Below, in pieces: positions 29,218 through 38,349 of a stretch of DNA of 64,000 nucleotides. The notes below the pieces were generated by a model. That model was not told the origin of the DNA, did no database searches, and saw nothing but the letters and a program-made list of their open reading frames with translations. The position numbers and the translations under genes were made by a program. The DNA comes from Minisyncoccota bacterium (GTDB taxonomy: Bacteria; Patescibacteriota; Minisyncoccia; Phycocordibacterales; UBA9973). Numbering within the stretch: the first letter of the stretch is position 1; each line of letters opens with the position of its first letter. The stretch is taken from positions 543,515 through 607,514 of the forward strand of contig JBAZVG010000001.1 of assembly GCA_041661005.1 (NCBI GenBank), written 5' to 3'.

Positions 29218-29854
29218 TTGGATTACCTCTAAGGAGTTTAATACCTAAATATGAGAGCGGAGTGTAAAACAAGCCCATCAAAACTTTATACAGCCACCAA
29301 GTAATAATGATACTGATTAAGGTTTTTGTCTCATAAATCCCGGCGAAAGCAATTAACATAAACAAGGCACTGTCGAGCAGCTGCGACCAAAGATTTGATA
29401 AGAGTGAGCGCAACCAGAAAAATTTAGGTCCTAATTTTTCTCGAACAAAGAAGAAAGTAAACACATCTTGATATTCAGCCACGATAAATGCTACGAGAGA
29501 TGCTAAAGCCATTCGGCCAGAAATACCAAAAATAAGGTTGTAACCTTCTTTTGCCCAAAGTCCCTGCTCTGCCCAAGGCAACCATAATGACAATAAAGAA
29601 TACAGAATAAATAAAGCGGTGCTGATAAAACCGGCCCTCACGAATAACTTTGCTAAACGCTTGCCGTAAACTTCTCCGATTACGTCAGTCATCAAAAATA
29701 CTATCGGGAATGAAAACACGGCCACGGACAAATGCGATCCAAACAGAAAAGGCATAATTTTTAAGCCTAAAGTATTCGCCGCAAAAAGAGAAGTAAGATA
29801 AAGGGTCAAACAAATAAGGATTTTCTTATAATCTCTTTCAGTAAGTGTTTGCAT
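29192..29854 (-). CDS. Queuosine precursor transporter (YhhQ/VUT family)
   Basis: FPIVFLMTDVIGEVYG, ASLVAF, WLRS..S...SQLLDS. Confidence 0.9.
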   Translation of the reverse strand: MQTLTERDYKKILICLTLYLTSLFAANTLGLKIMPFLFGSHLSVAVFSFPIVFLMTDVIGEVYGKRLAKLFVRAGFISTALFILYSLLSLWLPWAEQGLWAKEGYNLIFGISGRMALASLVAFIVAEYQDVFTFFFVREKLGPKFFWLRSLLSNLWSQLLDSALFMLIAFAGIYETKTLISIIITWWLYKVLMGLFYTPLSYLGIKLLRGNPNANQSNQN

Positions 29855-29869
29855 ATTTTATCGTAAAAA

Positions 29870-30295
29870 TTATCCCTTTACCTCAATGCCCATTGAGCGA
29901 GCCGAGCCAGCGATGATATTTATAGCACCCTCATCATCTTTGGCATTCAAGTCGCCTCTTTTTTTATTCGCAATTTCCAGAGCTTGCGCGCGGGTAATCT
30001 TTCCAGCTTTTGTGGCAACATTTTTACCTGATCCCTTTTCCACTCCGGCAGCTTTCAAAATAAGCCCAGTTGCAGGCGGAGTCTTTACTACGAAATCATA
30101 GCTACGATCTTCATAAACAGTAATAGAAACACCGACTTTATCCCCCGCCATTTTAGCAGTAGCCGCATTGAATTTAGTAACGAAGTCGCCGATGTTTATC
30201 CCCGCTTGTCCAAGAGCCGGCCCTAGTGGTGGCGCCGGAGTAGCTTTGGCAGCCTGAATTTGTAATTTTATTTTTTTTGTAATTTTCTTCGCCAT
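29870..30295 (-). CDS. rplK: 50S ribosomal protein L11
   Basis: [26 protein letters not shown]. Confidence 0.98.
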   Translation of the reverse strand: MAKKITKKIKLQIQAAKATPAPPLGPALGQAGINIGDFVTKFNAATAKMAGDKVGVSITVYEDRSYDFVVKTPPATGLILKAAGVEKGSGKNVATKAGKITRAQALEIANKKRGDLNAKDDEGAINIIAGSARSMGIEVKG

Positions 30296-30317
30296 ATGTT
30301 TATTAGGTTAGATTAGC

Positions 30318-30860
30318 TTATATTTTCTTAACTTGCAAGAAATCCAGTTCGACCGGGGTTTCGCGACCAAACATTGAAACAAGCACCTTGACCTTCCCGC
30401 GTTCCTCGTCGACAGAATTCACTTTTCCTTCAAGATCTTTGAACGGACCATCGGTAATCAAAATACTTTCGCCAATAACCATATCGATATTGTGTCTTGT
30501 CGTACCGGCATCCATTTTCTTGAAAAGATAATCAACTTCTTCTTTTTTGAGAGGCACCGGATTCACTCCTGCGCCAACAAAACCAGTAACTCTGGGGGTA
30601 TTCCTAACAACATACCAAGAATCATCCGTCACGATCATATCAACTAATACGTAACCCGGATAAATCTTTTCTTCCACTTCCACTCTCTTGCCTCCCTTTA
30701 TTTTTATCTTCTTTTCAATAGGAACGATGACATTAAAAATCTTGTCATGCATACCCAAAGAATCTATGCGTTGTTTTAAGTTACGCAGAACAACGTTTTC
30801 ATATCCGGCATAAGTATGGATAGCATACCAATTTCTAGATCCTTGTTCTTCTTGTTTCAT
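30318..30860 (-). CDS. nusG: Transcription termination/antitermination factor NusG
   Basis: WYAIHTYAGYE, YPGYVLV, DGPF, FGRETPVEL. Confidence 0.98.
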   Translation of the reverse strand: MKQEEQGSRNWYAIHTYAGYENVVLRNLKQRIDSLGMHDKIFNVIVPIEKKIKIKGGKRVEVEEKIYPGYVLVDMIVTDDSWYVVRNTPRVTGFVGAGVNPVPLKKEEVDYLFKKMDAGTTRHNIDMVIGESILITDGPFKDLEGKVNSVDEERGKVKVLVSMFGRETPVELDFLQVKKI

Positions 30861-30876
30861 GGTAAATTTTTAAAAA

Positions 30877-31062
30877 TTACAGCAAAATTATTTTTTCCAA
30901 ACCTTTTGAAAAAATAAAATCGAAAATACCCAAATAATACGCTACGATGACAGACAAGACTATGACAATCAAAGTATAATAAAAGGTTTGGCTCCTGTTT
31001 GGCCAAATCACGTGCTTCAATTCTGTCTTTGTTTCTTTAAAATATTCAGTAATTTTTGACAT
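30877..31062 (-). CDS. secE: Preprotein translocase subunit SecE
   Basis: ELKHVIWP plus a TM helix; upstream of nusG. Confidence 0.95.
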   Translation of the reverse strand: MSKITEYFKETKTELKHVIWPNRSQTFYYTLIVIVLSVIVAYYLGIFDFIFSKGLEKIILL

Positions 31063-31132
31063 CCCATTAGAAAATTAAAATAATAAACTTCAACTTTTTT
31101 ACAAGTTCCCTGATTTTCTAACGGGACAAGTA
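31062..31132. repeat. TCCCATTAGAAAA...TTTTCTAACGGGA element (family D), copy 1
   Basis: Terminal inverted repeats; second copy at 56195; abuts the secE start codon. Confidence 0.8.
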
Positions 31133-31274
31133 AATTCTTTTAAAAAAGCCCCTCGGAGGGCTATTTCAATAATACTCCTTTTCTCTGAAATAGTCAAACA
31201 ATCAAAAAAGATGCCAGCCATGGAGATTCCTGCGACATCTTTTTTGATTTATATAGATTATAAATTATTTCGTA

Positions 31275-31991
31275 TTATTCTCTGTGAGAAATCTCTTCGC
31301 TGACTTTCGCAATAAACTTCGCAGCCGCATCGCGTCCACCCAAGCCAAAAGCGAGAGCGCCACCGATCGAAAGCATCGCTATAATTCCAGTGAAAAGCAC
31401 ATTCATGTAGTAATCAGCAACTCCGAGCTGACCTAGAGCTATGATGAATGCAAAGATCCAGACAGCATACTTAGCTATAGTAGCAAATAGGTTTGCTGTA
31501 GAAAGACCCATACCCATTGCTCCAGCTTTGACTGTCTTTGAAATACCTTCTGATACAAAAGCCGCAATGATCAAGATAAGCGCAGCAATAACAACTTTGA
31601 CCAAGTATACGAGCACAGCATCCTTCAAGAAAGAAGTGACTGCATTAGTACCTATATTTGGATCGACTGGTAAAACCAAACTAAGTGAAGCAATAAGGAA
31701 AACGATAATTACAAACCATTTGACCACTTCACCAATGAAATACCCAGAATTTAGATTCATTCCAGCTCTTCTAAAAAAACCTTCCACTCCGACAGATTTC
31801 AAAAGGTTATCTATCTTCAGAGTACTGAAAACTTGCGCTAGGGCCTTAGCGATAATATTGCCCAAAACCCAACCTATCACAAAAAACACGATTGCAATTA
31901 CAAGCTTCGGGGCAAATTGAATAAAACCCCACCACAACTCTTGAAGCGATGAATTAAAAACATCACCCCATGTAAGCCAAATATTACTCAT
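31275..31991 (-). CDS. MscS-related TM-helix repeat membrane protein
   Basis: PKLVIAIV, ALGQLGV, ALAFGLGGRD. Confidence 0.8.
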   Translation of the reverse strand: MSNIWLTWGDVFNSSLQELWWGFIQFAPKLVIAIVFFVIGWVLGNIIAKALAQVFSTLKIDNLLKSVGVEGFFRRAGMNLNSGYFIGEVVKWFVIIVFLIASLSLVLPVDPNIGTNAVTSFLKDAVLVYLVKVVIAALILIIAAFVSEGISKTVKAGAMGMGLSTANLFATIAKYAVWIFAFIIALGQLGVADYYMNVLFTGIIAMLSIGGALAFGLGGRDAAAKFIAKVSEEISHRE

Positions 31992-32083
31992 AGTAAATTA
32001 CTAATATTAATAATAAAAACACTTTTTTAAGTTTCGACCTTATTAAAGTTCCTACTCTTATTATACCAAACTCTAATCGCTTT

Positions 32084-32674
32084 CTAGTATTTTTTTAACA
32101 CCTGTGTGGATAACTCTCGAACCTGCAAAAGAACCTCGTGCGGATAATCGAGAATATCTCGAACAAGTTTATCATACATATTTAATCTATAAACAAATTC
32201 CTTTGTATCGAAGACAGCGTAAGTGAGCTCCGCGCCGATTTCGGCTTCAAGCCTTTTAACACCTTCTTCGATCTTGCTTCGTTTCATTTTATCTCCAACG
32301 ATCAACAAATCAACTCTGGAGTCGTTGTTTTTTATAAATACGCCAGAAACAACGAGGAACTTCACTCGTCCAACTCTTTTGAAATTATCCAGAAGCTTTT
32401 GTTTGTTCAAATTATCAGACCGCACTAATAAATCCTCAAATTCTCCCGCATATTTAAAAAGAGAATTAAAATACCATTCCAAAGATGTCCTCGAGTGTTT
32501 TCTGACGAAATTAACAGATTCCAATAGTCTGAGTTCTCGGCGGACAATATCGAGACTGACCCGGCTTCTTTTGGCTATATCCTTGCTTTTAAAACTTTTC
32601 CCTCTATTCAACAAAAACAGTCGCATTATTTTCACTCGCGCTGAGTTACCCAATATTTTCTCTAGAATTTCCAT
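32084..32674 (-). CDS. Winged-HTH protein with a nucleotidyltransferase-like C-terminal domain
   Basis: RVKIMRLF...VRRELRLL HTH, SRVDLLIVGD. Confidence 0.75.
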   Translation of the reverse strand: MEILEKILGNSARVKIMRLFLLNRGKSFKSKDIAKRSRVSLDIVRRELRLLESVNFVRKHSRTSLEWYFNSLFKYAGEFEDLLVRSDNLNKQKLLDNFKRVGRVKFLVVSGVFIKNNDSRVDLLIVGDKMKRSKIEEGVKRLEAEIGAELTYAVFDTKEFVYRLNMYDKLVRDILDYPHEVLLQVRELSTQVLKKY

Positions 32675-32766
32675 CCCCTTATTCTATCCCTTTTCCGATA
32701 AAAATCAAGAAAAAACCACTCCAGCACAACGCCAAAGTGGTTTTTTCATTAACAATAAAAACAACT

Positions 32767-35700
32767 TTATCTATTTAACAAACTTCTCACCTCGTATCCG
32801 ACAATTCCATCGCTTTTTAATCCATTGTCAGTTTGGAATTTGATGACAGCCTCTTTGACTTTGGCACCGAAGTTTCCATCGACATTTCCAGCGTCATATC
32901 CTGCTCCATTCAAGAATTTCTGAAGCTCTCTGACTTCATTTCCATAAGAACCTTCTTCTAGAAATTGAGTGAAGTGAAAGGAACCTGCGTTAGAAACATT
33001 TCCATCTGTATTCGCCGTTCCGTTTATCGCGGTAGCAACTAGAGACGATGATAGATTGCGAGTGGTCGAACCTGAAGAACAAGTATATAATCTCGGATAA
33101 TCGCCAACGCCTACATTCACCCATTGAGATCCATCGAAACGATAATGATCTCCAGTCGTGGGATTATCACCCTGAACCTTCGAAGTTCCACTGGTATATA
33201 CTTTTCCCGGCACGGCTTGGCACCATTTTGTGGCCGTTCCGGTGTCATTGAAAGGCAAGAGGTCGCCATTTCCAAAATTCACTCGTGGATTGTAATAAAT
33301 ATCTCCTGAAGAGATACTAGTCATCCAACTAATGGACTTTAGATCAAGTGAATTAGTTACCGTCTTGTTAGCACATGCGCCATTTACTGAATACTCTGTA
33401 GAACAGGACATGAGAATGTTTGAAACTTTGCCGTCATCTGCACAGTAACCTTCAGCAACAGAAGTGCAAGAATCTCCGGAACATACTCCTCCATTCGAAG
33501 CAACAGATACATCCCTAAAATATGAACCTAACCCATTAACACGCCCGTCGGCAAGCCCCGCCACGTTTGGATTTCTTCCATCGTCAGAATCGGTGCAGGA
33601 CGATACAGTGGTTGGAGAGGTGATGGTGAAATAATTATTACTTAATCCGATTGCGAGTACGCCGCTTCCCGTCACAGTATCAAAAGCTTCGATACGGAGT
33701 TTGTAATGATTCCCGGCAGGAATCAGGTGTGGCATCGGCGTAGCCAGGGTGATTCTACTTGTTGAGAGCTGAATTGCGGTTGAGACCTGATAATTTAAGT
33801 TTGTATCGGTATTCAAGAGAAAAACGTTGGCTTGTTTGCCGACCAAACCGCTTGGTGTGAAATCAATTCCAATCACATCCGTCGAGCTGAATGTTCCCCC
33901 ATTTGGACTTGTAACGGTGATGGAAGGTTGAGTGGTAGAAACTGGACTAAAACTCACTCCAATAATATGACTCCCTGTAACATTGTAAAACGTATAGGAG
34001 GAGGCGACTGGAACAGTACTGTTATTATCAAGAGTAATAGTACTAACTTTGTAACCAACATTAGGAGTAAAAGTGAAAGTCTTGTTACTTCCAGCCGGAA
34101 CAGTAATATGTCCAGATGGAGAAATCGTTCCACCTTCGCTAGTAGAAGTAATAATCGTGGGTTGCGTTGCTCCAACAGAACAAAGAACATTACTACTTGC
34201 ATTAACATTGTTTAAAGTACAATCATTCCTAGCATTATTTGTACATCCCTGATAAACGCCACTCTTACTGAAACAAACGTTTTCAAACCCTTGATTTTTG
34301 CAAGAATTGTAATAACCTTGCTGGGTCTGTTGAAGGGTAGAACAACTTAGGGTTGAAGTCGTTGGAGAAGTGATGGTGAAAACACCACTTCGAGAAACAA
34401 TTCCATGTGGAATATCACTAATGATAATTTGTGTGTTTGTCATTGCAGTATCTGGTGTCCATGAGTATCGACAAGCATACGTGGCATCACATCTGCTTCC
34501 TGTTCCTTGAAGTTGGCCTGCAGAAATACTTGATACAATTGTCCTGTTACCACCGCTTGTTACATAAGCTATTGAGAATGAATCGTTTATATTACTGATA
34601 TTTGGGTCCAGCCATGTAATTTGATACGGTTGACCAACTACCAAATTTTCTCCACTTGTTGGACTAACGACAGTGATGGAAGGGCTAGTAGAAACAGTTC
34701 CCCTTGGTACTATATTTGATGCTGGAATGCTTATTCTTGCACTAGTGTTATCGGTGAAATTTAACAAGAGATAACCTCCGGCAAATCTCTGACTGCCGGG
34801 ATAACCATAAGCATAGAAACTAAGTCCACCATAAGCGGGAATTTGCCAGCCAATGTTGTCAGTTTGAGTGGCATTGGGTTCACAATTGACTCCGCAGGAT
34901 TGGCTTGTGGTCCATCCTAAAATGTAAAGATATTTACCAACAGGATTGTTGGATGAAGCATCAGTCGCCCAGCCTTCTCCGGAAGTGTTGTGCACAAGTA
35001 CCATTCTCTTGATGGTCTTCGCGCTAGAGCCCGAATTATTTATTTTAACTGCCCATTTCCAATCAGGACCATGAATTCTGCCCCCGATTGAAGTATTCCA
35101 TTTAATCGGATGGTCTTCACTGGCGCTTACTAATTCTGCGGAGCCGGTGATGTAGGGAGTTTGAGTATTAGTACCAGAAGTGATAGTGATAGTTGAATTG
35201 CTTAAACCACAAGTGTCGGAAGAACTTTGGCAAACTTTAACAGTATAAACTCCATCCGGAACAATCCCACTCAAATAATTACCTACTGTCCAATTGTAAG
35301 AAGAACCTTGAGTATTAGCAATGACATATACAGATCCAGTTGAAATTAGTTCTACTTCATGAGTAGAAATATTGTTTGTATCATTCCAACTAAGAGTTTT
35401 TGTTGTACCTCTCACCCACGTCACTCTCTCATTTGGGCTTGTGACAGTGATAGAAGGTTGGGTTGATGGTGTACCGATAGTAAACGAAATCGAGTTTTGT
35501 GTATTGAACGCAAGAGAGCCGTTTGAATTACGACCTTGTGCAGTTAGTGAATATAGTCCAGGAGGGAAATTGGGAACTGTAAAACTTAAATAAGTACCAA
35601 CTATGGATGCATCTGTATCACCAGATAAAGTTTTTCCAGCAAAGGTGACGGTGTAAGAATATGCACTATGTAAATCAAACATGTACATTGCGACTTTTTC

Positions 35701-36489
35701 ACCTGGCAGAGCATTATTTGTGCCTAAAGAAGTGATAGAAGGTTGAGTGGTATTCCCCACATTCACGCTCAAACTCGTCTGCGCAGTTTGACCAACTGCA
35801 TTTTGAACTGTAAACCTCGGAGTGAATATTCCTGATTTTACATAGCTATGTTGAAAGGTTGCAGACTGTGTCGGAATGTTAAGAACTTGCGAGTTAGAAC
35901 CTGCTTGTATATTAGTAGCTTCATCTCCCCAAAGCACAGAATACATGAGTTCTCCTCCATTTGGACTAGAAGCACGGACACTCCAAGTCCCTTGCTGATT
36001 GACATTCAATGTTTGTGGTCCACTTACTCCGCTGATAACTGGATTATTATTGGTTCCTTCTTCGCAAGACCTGCCGGTAGTAGAACTAAAACCTGTGTTT
36101 GAAGCACAACCTGGCGGAAAATTCGATGAGTTACCGCAAGGTAGACCCGTGGTTATGCTGTATCCGGAATTAGATGTACATCCCGCTGGAAAATTTGTGG
36201 AAACAAGACTATCGCATTTTACCCCAGTGAGCGGACTGTAGCCGGCAGTTGAAGTACAACCTGAGGGAAGCGATGAGTTAATTACTGTATCGCACTTTAC
36301 TCCGGTAAGTGGACTATACCCACGAGTTGAAGTACAACCTGCTGGCAAAGATCTGGTGGACGAAGATCCACTACCTCCACCGGAAGATCCTCTATTTATA
36401 GCTGCCATCTGCGCACTTGCAGAATTAGTAAAACCTAGTAAAGAAAATACTAAAGTAAAAATAAACAAAAACAATATGTATTTTTTCAT
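32767..36489 (-). CDS. Large secreted surface protein with Cys repeats, PKD/Ig-like modules and a C-terminal peptidoglycan-binding domain
   Basis: Signal peptide, 4x PxGCxSxxGY/FS.xTG..C, repeated PSITVTSPN modules, GSYGNEVRELQKFL...DGIVG. Confidence 0.88.
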   Translation of the reverse strand: MKKYILFLFIFTLVFSLLGFTNSASAQMAAINRGSSGGGSGSSSTRSLPAGCTSTRGYSPLTGVKCDTVINSSLPSGCTSTAGYSPLTGVKCDSLVSTNFPAGCTSNSGYSITTGLPCGNSSNFPPGCASNTGFSSTTGRSCEEGTNNNPVISGVSGPQTLNVNQQGTWSVRASSPNGGELMYSVLWGDEATNIQAGSNSQVLNIPTQSATFQHSYVKSGIFTPRFTVQNAVGQTAQTSLSVNVGNTTQPSITSLGTNNALPGEKVAMYMFDLHSAYSYTVTFAGKTLSGDTDASIVGTYLSFTVPNFPPGLYSLTAQGRNSNGSLAFNTQNSISFTIGTPSTQPSITVTSPNERVTWVRGTTKTLSWNDTNNISTHEVELISTGSVYVIANTQGSSYNWTVGNYLSGIVPDGVYTVKVCQSSSDTCGLSNSTITITSGTNTQTPYITGSAELVSASEDHPIKWNTSIGGRIHGPDWKWAVKINNSGSSAKTIKRMVLVHNTSGEGWATDASSNNPVGKYLYILGWTTSQSCGVNCEPNATQTDNIGWQIPAYGGLSFYAYGYPGSQRFAGGYLLLNFTDNTSARISIPASNIVPRGTVSTSPSITVVSPTSGENLVVGQPYQITWLDPNISNINDSFSIAYVTSGGNRTIVSSISAGQLQGTGSRCDATYACRYSWTPDTAMTNTQIIISDIPHGIVSRSGVFTITSPTTSTLSCSTLQQTQQGYYNSCKNQGFENVCFSKSGVYQGCTNNARNDCTLNNVNASSNVLCSVGATQPTIITSTSEGGTISPSGHITVPAGSNKTFTFTPNVGYKVSTITLDNNSTVPVASSYTFYNVTGSHIIGVSFSPVSTTQPSITVTSPNGGTFSSTDVIGIDFTPSGLVGKQANVFLLNTDTNLNYQVSTAIQLSTSRITLATPMPHLIPAGNHYKLRIEAFDTVTGSGVLAIGLSNNYFTITSPTTVSSCTDSDDGRNPNVAGLADGRVNGLGSYFRDVSVASNGGVCSGDSCTSVAEGYCADDGKVSNILMSCSTEYSVNGACANKTVTNSLDLKSISWMTSISSGDIYYNPRVNFGNGDLLPFNDTGTATKWCQAVPGKVYTSGTSKVQGDNPTTGDHYRFDGSQWVNVGVGDYPRLYTCSSGSTTRNLSSSLVATAINGTANTDGNVSNAGSFHFTQFLEEGSYGNEVRELQKFLNGAGYDAGNVDGNFGAKVKEAVIKFQTDNGLKSDGIVGYEVRSLLNR

Positions 36490-36537
36490 ATACCTAAGTA
36501 TACCCACCCCGGGCGAATTTGTTAAATAAGTTATCCA

Positions 36538-36580
36538 CACTAAAAAAACATCAAGGAGTATCTTTGATGTTTTTTTAGTG
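36538..36580. terminator. Terminator hairpin after rplL
   Basis: CACTAAAAAAACATCAA...TTGATGTTTTTTTAGTG. Confidence 0.65.
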
Positions 36581-36696
36581 CTTCCGGTCGAAAAGTCGAG
36601 TATTTTATTTTAGCTCGACTCTTGCACATAAAATTCTGCTGAATTTTTGTACAAGCCGGCCCTCGATGCCGACGCATCTGTGGACCGAAAATTGAG

Positions 36697-37062
36697 CTAT
36701 TTAAGCTCAATTTTCCCTCCTGCTGCTTCGATTTTTTTCTTTAAATCGTTCGCTTCTTCTTTCTTCATTCCCTCTTTCAAGGTTCCCGGAGCGGCATCAA
36801 CCAAGTCCTTGGCATCTTTCAAACCAAGACCAAGAGTTTCTTTTACGACTTTCATCACAGCTATCTTTTGGTCGCCAGCGGACGCCAAAACAACAGTGTA
36901 AGTGCTTTGTTCTTCGGCTACAGGAGCTGCTCCAGCGCCTCCACCGATAGCGACAGCTGCGGCAGACACTCCAAATTTCTCCTCAATGGCTTTTACAAGC
37001 TCATTGAGCTCCAAAACTGAAGCGCTTTCTAAATCTTTCATAAACCCATCGAATTTTGACAT
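36697..37062 (-). CDS. rplL: 50S ribosomal protein L7/L12
   Basis: [25 protein letters not shown]; start at MSKF. Confidence 0.98.
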   Translation of the reverse strand: MSKFDGFMKDLESASVLELNELVKAIEEKFGVSAAAVAIGGGAGAAPVAEEQSTYTVVLASAGDQKIAVMKVVKETLGLGLKDAKDLVDAAPGTLKEGMKKEEANDLKKKIEAAGGKIELK

Positions 37063-37091
37063 AATATTTTTGTTTAAAAATAATTTTAATA

Positions 37092-37178
37092 ATTCCCCTC
37101 TTGAGGGGTGGCGTTTATGCCGGGGTGGATATAATTCGTCCACCTCCCCCCTAAAGGGTACTCCTCAAAGAGGAGAAT
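37092..37178. repeat. Family A element, copy 2, between rplJ and rplL
   Basis: Matches 3391-3486 at both ends and in the central GGTGGA/TCCACC stem. Confidence 0.9.
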
Positions 37179-37658
37179 CTATTTCCCTTTCGCTACTTCA
37201 CCAACCGCGATAGCTAAACGTTGCATCGGACTCTTGAGTAAGAATGCAAGTTTCGAAAGCAAAACTTCTTTCGAAGGTATCATCGCTAGCTCCATCATTT
37301 TTGCGCCGGTGATAAATTTCCCTTCAAAAATCCCTCCTAAAATATTCAGCATCCCCTTGTGGGTTTTCTGAAAATTATAGATTTCACGCGGTCCCGCTAT
37401 TTCATCCTTTGAATACGCGATAGCAACTTCTCCTTCAAGATCCGGAATTTCGCCTTCCGCTTTTCCTTTCAATGCTCGAGCAAGAAGGGTTTTTCTGGAA
37501 ACTTTATAGCCTACTCCACCTGAACGAAGGTCCCGACGAAGTATAGTCTCATCGCTGACTTTCAAACCATGAAAATTCACGAAAACTAAAGACTCAGATT
37601 CTTTGATCACTCCCTCAAGATCTTTTACTATTTCTTCTTTTTTTGATTTTTGTAACAT
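37179..37658 (-). CDS. rplJ: 50S ribosomal protein L10
   Basis: VNFHGLKV, LRRDLR, KVSRKTL, IPSKEVLL; upstream of rplL. Confidence 0.95.
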   Translation of the reverse strand: MLQKSKKEEIVKDLEGVIKESESLVFVNFHGLKVSDETILRRDLRSGGVGYKVSRKTLLARALKGKAEGEIPDLEGEVAIAYSKDEIAGPREIYNFQKTHKGMLNILGGIFEGKFITGAKMMELAMIPSKEVLLSKLAFLLKSPMQRLAIAVGEVAKGK

Positions 37659-37667
37659 GTTTGATTT

Positions 37668-37816
37668 TTAAAAACTTTTGAAACATAATTTTTTGAAGGG
37701 GTTTCGAGGCTGTCGAGCCGAGAACTTCCCTTGGCCGTCCCGGCACGGGCGAGGCAGGATTTTTTAAGCTTAAAAAAATCCGTACCGAAAAAAAATTGAT
37801 GTTGATAAAGTTTTAA
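37668..37816. repeat. Family C cruciform element, copy 3, with a nested hairpin insert
   Basis: Same core, interrupted by CCTTGGCCGTCCCGGCACGGGCGAGG. Confidence 0.85.
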
Positions 37817-37878
37817 CTAAAAAAACGGCTTTCGCCGTCAAAGATATCGACCCCGCCTTGACTCGCATAGGCGAGGCA

Positions 37879-37984
37879 GGCCACTAAATAGGCTATAACA
37901 AAGATTTATCTTTGTTCGCCCGTTCCGACTATGTCGGAATTAGGGACTTATTAAGACCTTACGGTCGCCTATCTTCTTTGCGGT
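37879..37984 (-). promoter_or_regulatory. Probable L10 leader (autogenous control RNA)
   Basis: CCGCAAAGAAGATAGGC..hairpin..TTAATAA...GCCTATTTAGTGG resembles the AAGAC/TAGG..TTAAT..CCTA core of L10 leaders. Confidence 0.55.
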
Positions 37985-38008
37985 ATTTACAATATAACAC
38001 AAGACGCT

Positions 38009-38107
38009 CTATTTTGCAAAATAGTTCACCAAGAAAACACTGCCAAGCCCTAAAACTATGATCGTGGTAAAAAGAAGTAATGTTTTTAAAAAGTGTTTTG
38101 TAACCAT
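38009..38107 (-). CDS. Putative 32-aa single-TM peptide
   Basis: MVTKHFLKTLLLFTTIIVLGLGSVFLVNYFAK, starting 5 nt after the upstream stop. Confidence 0.5.
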   Translation of the reverse strand: MVTKHFLKTLLLFTTIIVLGLGSVFLVNYFAK

Positions 38108-38112
38108 ATAAA

Positions 38113-38304
38113 TTAACGATATCCCCTCAACCACAATACAACCAACAGAAAAACTAGAACAACAATAAAAGAATGCCAGACATCCCAATCCGAATATATG
38201 TTTTTTTTCTTCAAAAAGTTTGAGAACTTTTTGTCCCCTTCCAGAAAAAGAATATATGGCAAAACAGCAATCATCCACCAGACTTTAAAAAGGAATTCAA
38301 ACAT
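38113..38304 (-). CDS. Small hypothetical membrane protein
   Basis: Two hydrophobic segments; TAAAAT 6 nt before the ATG. Confidence 0.7.
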   Translation of the reverse strand: MFEFLFKVWWMIAVLPYILFLEGDKKFSNFLKKKNIYSDWDVWHSFIVVLVFLLVVLWLRGYR

Positions 38305-38349
38305 AAACCTATTTTAACAAAATCTTGTTACAAACACTAGACGACCAAT

